Positions 12,067-22,730 of a DNA stretch of 64,000 bases are shown here, piece by piece; the first letter of the stretch is position 1; each line of letters begins with the position of its first letter. The notes under the pieces are model-generated. The model did no database searches, was not told where the DNA came from, and saw only the letters and a program-made list of their open reading frames with translations. The translations under genes were made by a program, and so were the position numbers. Origin of the DNA: Paecilomyces variotii (taxonomy: Eukaryota); NCBI GenBank assembly GCA_004022145.1, contig RCNU01000005.1, one strand, 5' to 3'.

Positions 12067-12792
12067 GGTTCTCGTTGGATAACTTCCGTAGTCTCTGCCC
12101 TTCCCAGATATGCACAGCTCGACAAGGATTCGAAAGAAACAACAGCTGATCCCCCAGAGACTTTTATTTCCCCGGACGAGCGCTCAGACGCAAGCACGCT
12201 CTGATCTATTACCCCTCGCCTAAATCGCAGAATAGCCGGCGCGGATCTACGTTCAGGAACCGAGACAGCTATATCGCTATCGGCTGGAGCTTGTCCGGGG
12301 CAGACGGTTCCCACTAATGCTTGCGATCGACCAAAATAATTATTAATAGGCGTATGAGCAACAGGCAATACAAATGGATAATACGCGGCAGCTTGAAAAA
12401 GAGCTTCTGTTGTTGAATTTCGGAGAAGTGCCTAGGCTCCCCGTGACGGATACGGGTTGATGTCATGCAACGATTCATGTGGAGAGCAACATCGTCTGGG
12501 AAGTGGAAATGGAGACGCAACGTGCAGCGCTATTATCCTATTCGGCCGGGTTGGAATGTCTCGCTTTGGTATCATCGGATAAGACGGACCCGTCAGATTG
12601 ATCATTGATACTTTCTCGAAGAACTACATATTACTGCATCTCAAACGCGAGAATGAGAAGCACGCACAAACCAACGGCAGTGATCCGACACGATCTCTAT
12701 GAATTTATGGGTTATTATCTCGAGGATGCGTTACGGTACACCGTCTGCTCAACTCACAGATCGCTAGTTCAATGCGCCTTTGATGTTTTGAG

Positions 12793-13081
12793 TTATCTCA
12801 GCAAGCTCAGACCCTCTAGCGAGGTGCCCCGCCTGCGGGTGGGCTTTTCACTGCGACGGCCTGTATAAGCGCATGCACTAAAGAACTGAGCCAATAATAT
12901 GGCATAAAAGCGACCCACTAACTCCTGGACCAATGGCAGGCCGCGTTTTCACCTTCCTATTTGGGTTTAGCGTATCCGCTCAAATATTATTGGCTCAGGT
13001 TATTGAGCTAATTTGCACTAGTTTCTAAATAGTATAGTAGAAGCACTAATCTTTGGCGAGCGTCTGAGCTTGCTGAGATAA
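12793..13081. mobile_element. MITE-like non-autonomous DNA transposon, 289 bp, 24-bp TIRs, 8-bp target-site duplication GTTTTGAG
   Basis: TTATCTCAGCAAGCTCAGAC (12793-12812) is the exact reverse complement of 13062-13081 and extends to 24 bp with one mismatch. GTTTTGAG lies immediately outside both ends (12785-12792 and 13082-13089). Internal 15-bp inverted repeat at 12886-12900 / 12984-12998; no credible coding sequence. Confidence 0.7.
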
Positions 13082-13486
13082 GTTTTGAGCGCCTTTGATG
13101 TTTTGAATATCTCGGCCGAGAGCTCTCGGAGAGAACATCGAGAACGCTCATTCATCTTCTCCAGACCCACCATCTTCTATACCGTATTAGCTAATCGTGA
13201 GTGACGTCGTCAATATGTATAACTGCAACACTACATCATGTCTGGATATGCTTCAATGGCTATTCGGGATTGTCGCGAATTCAATTCGTCGATGAACTCA
13301 CCATGCTTATTGAGAACGCAGCAAAAACCGGAATCTGGCATTCGGTTCGTTCCGAGTGCTTTCGATCTGATTCCCGGTCTATTATTTATGCATAAAGGCT
13401 GGCAGTATCTATAGATATTTATCACTACAGTCTAGCAACTTGTGAACACTCGAACAATACCATAAACTTCCAGACGAAAAATTGCG

Positions 13487-14695
13487 ATGGCCTCCAAGTC
13501 GAACCCATACACCTACGAAGTGGAAGTCTATCAACATGGCCTCAACGACAAGAGACCACCGATCAGCTTCAACCCTCTCGACTGGGAGTCGTTAGCCAAG
13601 GAGCGCCTTTCCGCAGAGAGTTTTGGATACGTCTGGGGATCTGCTGGGACGAGAGAAACGGACGACAATAACCGTGCAGCATTCAAGAAATGGGCCATTG
13701 TCCCTTCGCGATTAGTGAAATCGGACTTTCCGAATCTGAAAACAACCCTCTTTGGTGAAGAGTACGATTATCCAGTCGCCATTGCGCCCGTCGGGGTGTT
13801 GCGCATCTTTCACCGTGATGGCGAAGAAGCTGTCGCATCTGCTGCGGAGGCGGATAACGTCACGTATATTCTGAGCACCGCATCCTCGACCAGTATCGAG
13901 GACGCCGCAAAGGCCAATGGCAACGGGTCGCGTTGGTACCAGCTATATTGGCCGCCCAACGAACAGAACGATATCACTATCAGTCTACTCAACAGAGCCA
14001 AAGCTGCAAACTACAAGGTCCTGGTAGTGACCCTGGACACGTATATCTTGGGCTGGCGACCCTCCGATCTTAGTAATGGATATAATCCTTTTCTAAGAAA
14101 AGACAACATCGGTGTCGAGATAGGTTTCTCTGACCCTGTCTTTCGAAAGAAATTTAAAGAGAAGCATGGAAAGGAAATCGAAGAAGACACGGGGACTGCT
14201 GCATCAGACTGGGCGCATACGATTTTCCCGGGCATGAGCCACGGATGGGAAGACCTTGACTTTCTGCGAAAACACTGGGATGGTCCTATTGTTCTGAAGG
14301 GGATTCAGACCGTTCAGGATGCCAAATTAGCTGTCCAGCATGGCATGCAGGGTATCATTGTCTCGAACCATGGCGGACGCCAACAAGATGGCGGCGTCGG
14401 GTCGTTAGATGTCCTCCCAGAAATTGTGGATGCTGTCGGACAGGATATTGAAGTCCTATTCGATTCAGGAGTACGTTGTGGTGCGGACGTCATCAAGGCG
14501 CTGGCGCTGGGTGCTAAGATGGTTCTCGTGGGACGGCCGTACGTCTACGGACTTGCCATTAGTGGAAAAGAGGGAGTTCGCCATGTGATGCGAAGCATAC
14601 TTGGAGATCTGGATCTCAACTTGCATTTATCTGGGATCAAGTCAGTGTCGCCAGAGCATCTGAACCGCTCAGTATTGAAGCAAATGCGTTGGTAG
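13487..14695 (+). CDS. FMN-dependent alpha-hydroxy-acid oxidoreductase, lactate 2-monooxygenase-like
   Basis: AIAPVGV, WYQLYWP, LVVTLDTYILGWRPSDL, PIVLKGIQ, catalytic SNHGGRQ and DSGVR; intronless 402 aa. Confidence 0.9.
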   Translation: MASKSNPYTYEVEVYQHGLNDKRPPISFNPLDWESLAKERLSAESFGYVWGSAGTRETDDNNRAAFKKWAIVPSRLVKSDFPNLKTTLFGEEYDYPVAIAPVGVLRIFHRDGEEAVASAAEADNVTYILSTASSTSIEDAAKANGNGSRWYQLYWPPNEQNDITISLLNRAKAANYKVLVVTLDTYILGWRPSDLSNGYNPFLRKDNIGVEIGFSDPVFRKKFKEKHGKEIEEDTGTAASDWAHTIFPGMSHGWEDLDFLRKHWDGPIVLKGIQTVQDAKLAVQHGMQGIIVSNHGGRQQDGGVGSLDVLPEIVDAVGQDIEVLFDSGVRCGADVIKALALGAKMVLVGRPYVYGLAISGKEGVRHVMRSILGDLDLNLHLSGIKSVSPEHLNRSVLKQMRW

Positions 14696-14871
14696 CGCGA
14701 TTTTCGCAGTGTCCCGAGATATAAATCTATCTAGGCAGATAATATCATAGACCAGAGAAAATACGACGCTTCAATATACAGATTCTCAAACATAAATGCA
14801 TTTACTGTCTTCATATCCAACAAAGATCAAATCTACCACTTATATATACCCTACTCAAATCAACTCCCATC

Positions 14872-16319
14872 TCACAATCTGGAAATCCCAAACGCATCCT
14901 TCTTCTCAACCCCCAACATCCCCCTCCGAATATCACCAACCTTCCTCGCCCCTGCCAACGTCATCGTGCGAGAAAACTCCCTCTCCAAAATATGCAACAC
15001 CGTCTCCACGCCCCCCTGACCAGAATGGCTCAACCCCCAGAGCGACGGACGGCCAATGAGCGTGAAATCCGCACCCAGCGCAAGGGCCTTAAAGACATCA
15101 CTACCTCTCCGAATACCCCCGTCCAGAATAACAGGAACCCGACCTCGAACCGCGGCCACAACCTCAGGTAACGCTTCAATAGTCGAAGATACCGAATCGA
15201 GCTGACGACCACCATGGTTCGAGACGACGATGGCATCTGCCCCATGCTCGATGGCAAGGAGGGCATCTTCGGCCGTCATGATTCCCTTCAGGATGATCTT
15301 GAGAGACGTCTGAGAGCGGAGCCAGTCCATGGCTTCAGACCAGGTGAGACTGGCGTCGTTCATGGTTGCCGATGAGGTATTATTCTGGGAGAGTTTGTAT
15401 GCGTCTTCTGCAGTGCGGGCGTCCATGAGGAGTCGATTCATAGTTGGTCTGGGGACTTTCGGTTTATCATTCGGATCTTCGAGATTCGCGAGGTGGAGAT
15501 GACTGGGGAGAACAAGAGGTGTTTTCCGCTCATTGATCCTGTTCCCTAGAATGGGGGTGTCGACTGTAAGGACGATGGCTTTGTATCCAGCAGCTGTAGT
15601 CGGCCGTGGGAATGAATTTAGTATAATACTCAAATCCATCCATGCAATGCGATGCATTGCAATGCAATGTTCACAGATATGGGGAAGAACAAACCTTCAG
15701 CCCTTCTCACCAAACTTGCACTCTTCTCCCTATTCACCGAGACATAGATCTGGAACCAGAAATTCTCCGGACGATGCTGCCCACCTGCACTCTCCTCCAC
15801 AGGAGCCTGGATAACATCTTCCAAAGTCGTCGTCGACTGCGTCGACAAAATCATAGTCGTCCCAATCCTCGCCGCTGCGCGAGCCATATCAAGCTCTCCA
15901 TTTCCCCCAATTAACTTCTGCATTGCGGTCGGGGCAATTCCCACGGGGAATGGATATCGATAACCGAATAACACGGTGCTCGTGTCGACAGTAGCTACAT
16001 TTCGAAGAACGCGGGGACGGATGAGTAGTCTAGATAGATATATGTATTCGTCAGAAATGCAATCTTCGTTCCTAAGTACTAATTGCATTTTCATCCCTAC
16101 TGGGATGAGGCAGACAGGCAGACATGCATACTTATCATAAGCCTTATTATTTCTCCTAACGGCGTACCCTTCATCAGATCCAGAGACGTAGAAGTCCCAG
16201 ATTTGCTTGGGGAGCTTTCTCTGTGCTAGACTGAAGAGCTCTGAGATGGTGATTGGATCATCTTTTGTTTTTGATGACTGAGATTCCTGTTCTGAGTGGT
16301 GTTTCTTATCAGTAGTCAT
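14872..16319 (-). CDS. FMN-dependent (S)-2-hydroxy-acid oxidase (glycolate oxidase-like), predicted peroxisomal; introns 16030-16131 and 15594-15694
   Basis: LIRPRVLRNV, GIAPTAMQKL, FWFQIY, LTVDTPILGNR, SNHGGRQLD, DGGIRRGSDVFKALALGA; C-terminal -SRL PTS1 tripeptide. Confidence 0.9.
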
Positions 16320-17817
16320 TGTTAAGCTCTAGTCAAGAAGTAGTACTCCAGCTGGCCCCCCCAGATGCTGTCTGTTAAGTATGCGGGTAGGATAGAGTAA
16401 AGGGCATAAGCAAAACGATGGCTCCCAACTAAAGAAGAATCTCTTGATGTCTCTTTTATCGTCAGCGCATTTGTGCTTCATATAATAATAGCTGCAAGTC
16501 GATATCTATTTCCCTTGCCTTGCTCCGATATGCGCAATAATAGCGGTAAGCAGATCTCCCCGCGTCTTTTCAGTCTCCGCAGAATGGACTCCTCCGCACG
16601 GACTTTAAGCCGAACAAGGGTTTGCGCCTTTTGTCGGTGTTACTCCGGATATGCAGAGCGAGCAGGGAAGTCGAGGAATTTGGTTCTGTGTTATTCGAGC
16701 TGTTTGGAGATCCCTTGTTAATTAGGATAGATGGGGGATGACATCTGGTCGATCGGGTTTTTGCGTCAACAAATGATATCATAAGTTCCATGCTTGCCGC
16801 ACATGGTACCTGAAAAACTAACTTTACCAAGAGTCGAATGATTAATATCTAAGGAGATATGTTCAAACAAAGTAGCTGGTTGATATGTAGAGGATTCCTG
16901 CCCCCTATTGTTTGATTAAATATAGGTATTAACTAGCAAAATACACGTGAAGAACAGAAAACCTCCTAAGAGTACACGACAGGTATTTGGCCCGAAAGAG
17001 GCTCCGCCTCCTTGCCGGTAGTTCGACAATAACGATTGCGGCAAGCCATCAGCTGGGGCACATGTCTTTACATGTTATAGCTCGCAGCGATATGGCCGTT
17101 TTGGTTCAAATGGTAAGGTGAATCTCAATAGACCCAACACAGCGGCAATACGCAGGTAACCGATCTGACACCCAGGAACTCCTTGATGCACGCTCACTTA
17201 TTCCTTGCGCCCGCGATTCAGATGCTCCTCGGTGCTCTGTAGCAGCCGCTGACAGACGTCCATGTCTGTCGCAAGACAGAAGGTATGCGTTGCACCATTA
17301 TGAACCCAGTCGCCGAACTCCTGCAGAGAGGGTAATGCATGCATACAAAGACATACAAGGAAACACGAGTAAAAATGTCACTCGGGAGCAGAGGGTATCG
17401 CCTGAGGGTATGATAAGACGCAAACAAAGGAAACAGTAAAGAGGGCGGAGACAGATGCCACAGGAAATAATGCGATGCATGAAAACGGGAAAGCGCCTGA
17501 AACTCGCATCTCCTGGCCTGGTAAAAGCGGAAAGAAGGGTGAAAAAACAAAACTCCCGATACCGAACTCGAATGATTTATCCCACTCCCATGCTAAGTAG
17601 TAACCGGATACCGAAATCTTCCCGATGCAAAACCCCGCCCATCGATATAAAAGATAAAAACGCCGTTCCTTTTATTTGCACATAGTTTGTTTGGTGTTCG
17701 TAATTTTGATATTTTGGATGATAAGAGTGGCTGTGGTTGCTCGTATCGATATTGTGGAGCAGGTCGCCAAACCTGCAATCGGCTGGCAAAGCGCCAGTCT
17801 GCTCAGCTTTTCAAAGC

Positions 17818-20800
17818 TCAAATGGATGAAGGGTTGAAAGGAGGAATCGACGAGCTCGAGACTGCCGAAATCGTCGGTGTCAATGCTGGCGAGCAATCTC
17901 TACTCCGGCCAGATTCGTCCTCGAGACACATGCTCTTGTCTCGGCCTTTGTCTTCGCGTGTTCTCTCGCTGGATACAGCACGCTTGAAGACAGTCTGGCC
18001 TATCTGACGGAAAATGCCTACTCGCTCGGCCTTCAGCTCGTCGAGATCAAGCCGCGTGACAGGCACGGGGTCTTCCTTGGTAATTCTGCAGAATAAAGTT
18101 GAGAAGAGATACTGGTCACCGCTTCCATCGTACAGAGGCAGGTAACGGTAACCCTGAGAGAGACTGCTCAGTTTGGCCGTGAATGTGGCAAGTTGAATGC
18201 TGTTATTATTGCCAGCGCTTCGCCCGTCAAGTGAGCTCCACACAGTCCATCGTACGAAGACTAGATCCGGATATTTGGTCTCTAGAGACAGCTTGAACTT
18301 GTCGTTGAAGAATGGACTGTATCCGTTGCTTTGTTCAATCCTTGTCCTCCTACGATGAGGAAGACCAATACCAGACATGCCATTACGAGCGGAAGCATTC
18401 ATACCACCTTCGCCAAAAGCCAGACTCTGACCCCTGTCATCGGCACTAAATATCTCGATCTCGATGTAAGGGTTGATGTTCTCGTCAGGTCCCAGACTGC
18501 GGGGCCGCGGAAGTTGCTGGGCAGAGATCACGTCTACTGAGAAACGGACAAGCTTCCTTTCAATCTTAGGTCGTCCGTCGTGCAGCGAAAACGAGTCAAA
18601 ACCAAGATTCGGCGCGCGTAAGCTTTCTGGTTTCAGTACGTATCCAGTCCGATTTGTTCCTGCAGCAAACATCGCCTGATTCATCTGCATTCCCACATCG
18701 TACGTTTGCCAGTTGAGAGCAACCATCTGCACACCGCGCCGCCAGAAGGCATTGGGATCGAAGTTGGAGGACCGGAGACGGAATCCAGAAGGGTAGACAC
18801 GGGTAAGATATTTCCGATTGTGTTTCTCGAGGAGGACTTTGTTTTCAGAGTCACGGCAGATACTCTCGAAGGATCTCTCAGCAAAAGAGTACACATGGTT
18901 GAAGCGCTTGCTGTCGGAGGACGTGAAACTCTGCCACTTGTATCCACGGGTATAGACACCCAGGTCCGAGAGAGGCTTGGTGATTTTACTCTTATGGCGT
19001 CTCCTCTTGTCTCTCTTGCTGGACCCCAGTGCACCATCGCTGTCGTCGGTGGCGCTGCTCATACTGGTAGTAGTGGCTGACCGTCGGCCAGGCATCCAGT
19101 TTGAGGTCGCCCCTTCTCCAGGGCCAATAGTGGGCGGGCTAGAGAGTGGTGGACAGGACGCTAGATTAGGACTCTCCAGGATGGTGGCTTGAGTAAACGG
19201 AGAACTAGAACTGCGCTTACGTCCAGTGGTGCTCGTGGTGCTTGTCGTGCTTTTCGTGTCGGTAAAAATGTCACTCTCATCGGCCTCATCTGAAGTCTTT
19301 ACCTTGATGAGAATTCTGCGCTTTAATTCCTCGGGAGTGGGAAGGATGGGACAGTTCGTGAGCAAAGGTTCCAGTACAAGCTGATCACCAAATGTCTCCT
19401 TCATGATCTTGACCATTGCAAGCTGCTGCTCTGGATTGCAATGCACCTCGAGAGACAGAATAAGTGGAAACTCTGATTTAAGAAAAGCGTAGCGGTTAAT
19501 CACTGCGATGCAATCAGCGAATAGAACACTGCTGGTCATGGTTCTTCCGTGGGAAACGATGGGACGACCGTCTGCGCCGTCCCAGCAGTCAATCTCCACG
19601 CAGCGGCATCCTTGTTGCAACGCAGTGATATAAGCTTCTGTGCTTGACGCACCAGCGACCTGTCTTCCAAGTAGATAGGTATTATGGGAACTCGAGATGA
19701 AATATTCGTTCAGCGGTCGATCAAACGGCGATCGGGGAGCGCGAGAGGCATATATACCGTTCGACGCAGAAGCCAAGAACGATGAGAAAGCATCGAAATT
19801 CATTCGACACATGTAACCTTCCAAAGGTTCAGGCAGACTCTGGGCGCGGGACTTGGATTTCCGGACGAACTTTTCAAACACGGTCACCCAGTATTCTTTG
19901 TCGGTGTCCACATCCTCCCGCTGCATCTCGCGCAGGAAGACCAGGAATTCTTCCAGCGTCAGACCTTCTTTGGGACTGGCTGCCAGCTCTGCGAAGATGT
20001 TTCTGAGATCTTTCCGCTCCTTCAGTCCTGCGAGGAATTCTTTGAACTCGCCAAAGTTCAACTTGCCCTTGGCTCCTACATCGGCTTTCAAGAACTGAGC
20101 ACGGAGCATGTCCCGTGAACAGTTTATATGCAGACTGCGACATACACTTTCGATCGCAGACTGGTCCAAACCTTCCTCTTCTCCCACGGCCAGGCCTTGA
20201 GCTGACAATCTGGACAGTTCTCGCTGCCAGTGGGCCTTCAGGACCGCCTCACTCTGGCCGGATCCAGCCAGACCAGCCATGAGGCCAATTCTGTACCTGG
20301 AGATATGCTCCAACGTGGTCGTCCAAAGTTCGAAAGTGTGATCATCGGGTGCGATGAGGTGCATGGTCTTGACGGGACGGCCTTTGGAGCGCTCTGGATC
20401 AGCGAAGATGATCGTGAACCAGCGGCTCTCCATATCCTGGGGGATCTGGTGTTCTTCGCGGTAATTCCGCGCATCGACCCCGACACGGATCTCTTTAATG
20501 TCGTCAATGTAAAATCTCTTTGCAGGATTGGCCGGATCCCAGAAGACTTTTGCTGAATCAAGCTCGAGGAAGAACCGAACCGACCTTGTCTTCTTCTTGG
20601 TGACTTTGGTGAGGAGCGTACCGCGCTGAAGCGAGGAATCGACCTTGGGCGCAACAGTGCCAACCTCGCGTGCCATAGGCATCCGGTGCTCACTGGTCAT
20701 ACTAGTGGCTTCCGAGCCGCACCAAGGACCCAGGAAATCGATTGCTTCGTTGTCCTCATCTTCATAGCTGGAGTCTAGAGACGTCTCACGGCCACTATTC

Positions 20801-21330
20801 GCACCGGTCTTGCTGTCACTGCGTCTGCGCATGATAACAGGACCCGAGCTGTGATCTCTCTTATCATGGTGAGATGTCGATTGTCTCCTGCGCGTGAGCT
20901 TGTTAGCTGCACCCCGCGAAATCCTTCGCATCAAACCTGGGCCTTTGACATTGCTGGAGATGACGGGGTCGCTCGCGTTGTTCGAGTTGACGTTTCCGGG
21001 CACGGCCATAACGGACTCACCCAGCTCAAGGGGAAGAGGAGATGCAAGCGTACCAGGGAGCAGTCGCCCTCGGAAACCGTCTGCGGCACTCTGGAACGGG
21101 GTGGTAGCTGGGCTGGAAGCATTGGAGGAACTGCGCCCTGCAAAGACAGAGCTGGAGGTGGTTGCGGATGGAGATGCAGAAGTTGACGCCGGGGGTGTGG
21201 TGATATTGAGGGGGAAAGATGTGATGACATGGTGTAGCTGAGGAAGTCGAGCAAGAGAGGCAGGGAATTTGGAACTGGTGTGAGGGTCGCCATTTATGGC
21301 GGAGGGTGAGGAGGAAGCAGTAGAGGCCAT
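17818..21330 (-). CDS. plcA: Phosphoinositide-specific phospholipase C (PH, EF-hand, X, Y and C2 domains)
   Basis: X-box PLNEYFISSSHNTYLLGRQ..GCRCVEIDCWDG..VSHG; Y-box RVYPSGFRLRSSNFDP..QMVALNWQT; C2 SVDVISAQQLP..GYRYLPL; intronless 1170 aa. Confidence 0.96.
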   Translation of the reverse strand: MASTASSSPSAINGDPHTSSKFPASLARLPQLHHVITSFPLNITTPPASTSASPSATTSSSVFAGRSSSNASSPATTPFQSAADGFRGRLLPGTLASPLPLELGESVMAVPGNVNSNNASDPVISSNVKGPGLMRRISRGAANKLTRRRQSTSHHDKRDHSSGPVIMRRRSDSKTGANSGRETSLDSSYEDEDNEAIDFLGPWCGSEATSMTSEHRMPMAREVGTVAPKVDSSLQRGTLLTKVTKKKTRSVRFFLELDSAKVFWDPANPAKRFYIDDIKEIRVGVDARNYREEHQIPQDMESRWFTIIFADPERSKGRPVKTMHLIAPDDHTFELWTTTLEHISRYRIGLMAGLAGSGQSEAVLKAHWQRELSRLSAQGLAVGEEEGLDQSAIESVCRSLHINCSRDMLRAQFLKADVGAKGKLNFGEFKEFLAGLKERKDLRNIFAELAASPKEGLTLEEFLVFLREMQREDVDTDKEYWVTVFEKFVRKSKSRAQSLPEPLEGYMCRMNFDAFSSFLASASNGIYASRAPRSPFDRPLNEYFISSSHNTYLLGRQVAGASSTEAYITALQQGCRCVEIDCWDGADGRPIVSHGRTMTSSVLFADCIAVINRYAFLKSEFPLILSLEVHCNPEQQLAMVKIMKETFGDQLVLEPLLTNCPILPTPEELKRRILIKVKTSDEADESDIFTDTKSTTSTTSTTGRKRSSSSPFTQATILESPNLASCPPLSSPPTIGPGEGATSNWMPGRRSATTTSMSSATDDSDGALGSSKRDKRRRHKSKITKPLSDLGVYTRGYKWQSFTSSDSKRFNHVYSFAERSFESICRDSENKVLLEKHNRKYLTRVYPSGFRLRSSNFDPNAFWRRGVQMVALNWQTYDVGMQMNQAMFAAGTNRTGYVLKPESLRAPNLGFDSFSLHDGRPKIERKLVRFSVDVISAQQLPRPRSLGPDENINPYIEIEIFSADDRGQSLAFGEGGMNASARNGMSGIGLPHRRRTRIEQSNGYSPFFNDKFKLSLETKYPDLVFVRWTVWSSLDGRSAGNNNSIQLATFTAKLSSLSQGYRYLPLYDGSGDQYLFSTLFCRITKEDPVPVTRLDLDELKAERVGIFRQIGQTVFKRAVSSERTREDKGRDKSMCLEDESGRSRDCSPALTPTISAVSSSSIPPFNPSSI

Positions 21331-22704
21331 CTCAACTATCAGCTGGGAAGCACAGCTCCAGAAAAGAAGGCGACTGTAGGCAAGCGAACCGTGCCAGAGT
21401 CGGAGTCACCTGGACCCGCCAAGGGACGAATAAGCGACAGGGCGGTAGCAAGCAAGCTGCTTAGGCAGATAATAGATTGGTTGCGCAGCTATGAATCGAG
21501 CAAAAGGCCCGGGAGAAAACGCGTTTGATATGTAGCGTGGGAGTCACGTCCTAAGCAGGTTTGCTCAGATTATTGATATCTGCATCTTGGCCTGCCTGCA
21601 ATGCAATGCGAAGTAGCCCTGCCGGAGAGCGCTCGCGAGAAGAAGAATTGAAAGACTCCTTGGAGAGCTGATCAAGAAACGGCTGGTGGCTGTGGAGCTT
21701 GCCCACGAGGGCTTTCCTTGCCCGTGAGTGACAGTGCGACCCCCGAGATAGTCCTCTTATGCTTGTCTCCTTGTCCGCCGGACACAATGAGATTTCCGGC
21801 TGCGTTCCCCTGCACAAATTCGCCAGATCGTTTCGATTTCTTTCTTCTGTCCCTCCCACCGTTGACGACTGCGTCCCAATCGCGATTCAATGCCCCTCCC
21901 CAGTGTCGATCTGCCGGAACGAGGGGAAAGCTACCCTCGCACGAAGGGAGGGGATGGTAACAGGCAACCAATTGAGGCTGGAGCCGCAGAGAGGGGCAAT
22001 GCGGTATTTCGCGGCTGCTTGATGCAAGTAACGAGGTCGACGGCCTGCGCACGTACCTAGCCAAAGTCGACCTTGTCGGCAGCTGGCTAGAAAGAGGAAT
22101 TGCGTGAAGGACCAGCCAATTAGTTCACAGTCGGCCTGCCGTACATGCGAGATGGATAGGGCGGCGGGATAAAGTCTCCAGAGCTGATGACAATCTTAAT
22201 CACCAGAACGAAGATTTGACTGCCAACACAGCTATGCACGTGAACCGATGCGGAAAGACATGCAATTGTCGCCTGTGATCGTTGCTTGCGGTGGATTGGA
22301 CCGGGGCGTTTTGCGCGCAGGTGGTAGTGTTCGACGCTCAAGCTGGACGTCCTGCACGATCGTTACGCGTGGGGTGGTCGAAAAGAAAAGTAATTTGGAC
22401 AGTCCGCGGGTTGCTGACGAAGCGAGAAAGGGACCGCAGGCTCATGCGGTACAGTAGTGACGCGAGCAGAGAAGAAGGTACAGACTGAAGCTTGCGCACA
22501 AGTCAACGGGATGTGAGGTCGAGAAGATGATTGTCGAGAGAGAATAATATTGCCAGATAATACAATTTAAGCGGCGAGCTGTCAGGACGGATGGGCGTGC
22601 GGGATGAAGAATTTTGGAAGGTTCGATTGGAACTTCGATCAAGCGGCCCTAGTTCGATGTTTCAATGGTGACTCTTCAAAGCGGGCCTCGTTTGGGGGTG
22701 GAAT

Positions 22705-22730
22705 AATTGGAATTGGAATTGGAATTGGAA
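22705..22730 (+). repeat. (AATTGG)4 hexanucleotide microsatellite
   Basis: aattggaattggaattggaattggaa read directly. Confidence 0.9.
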
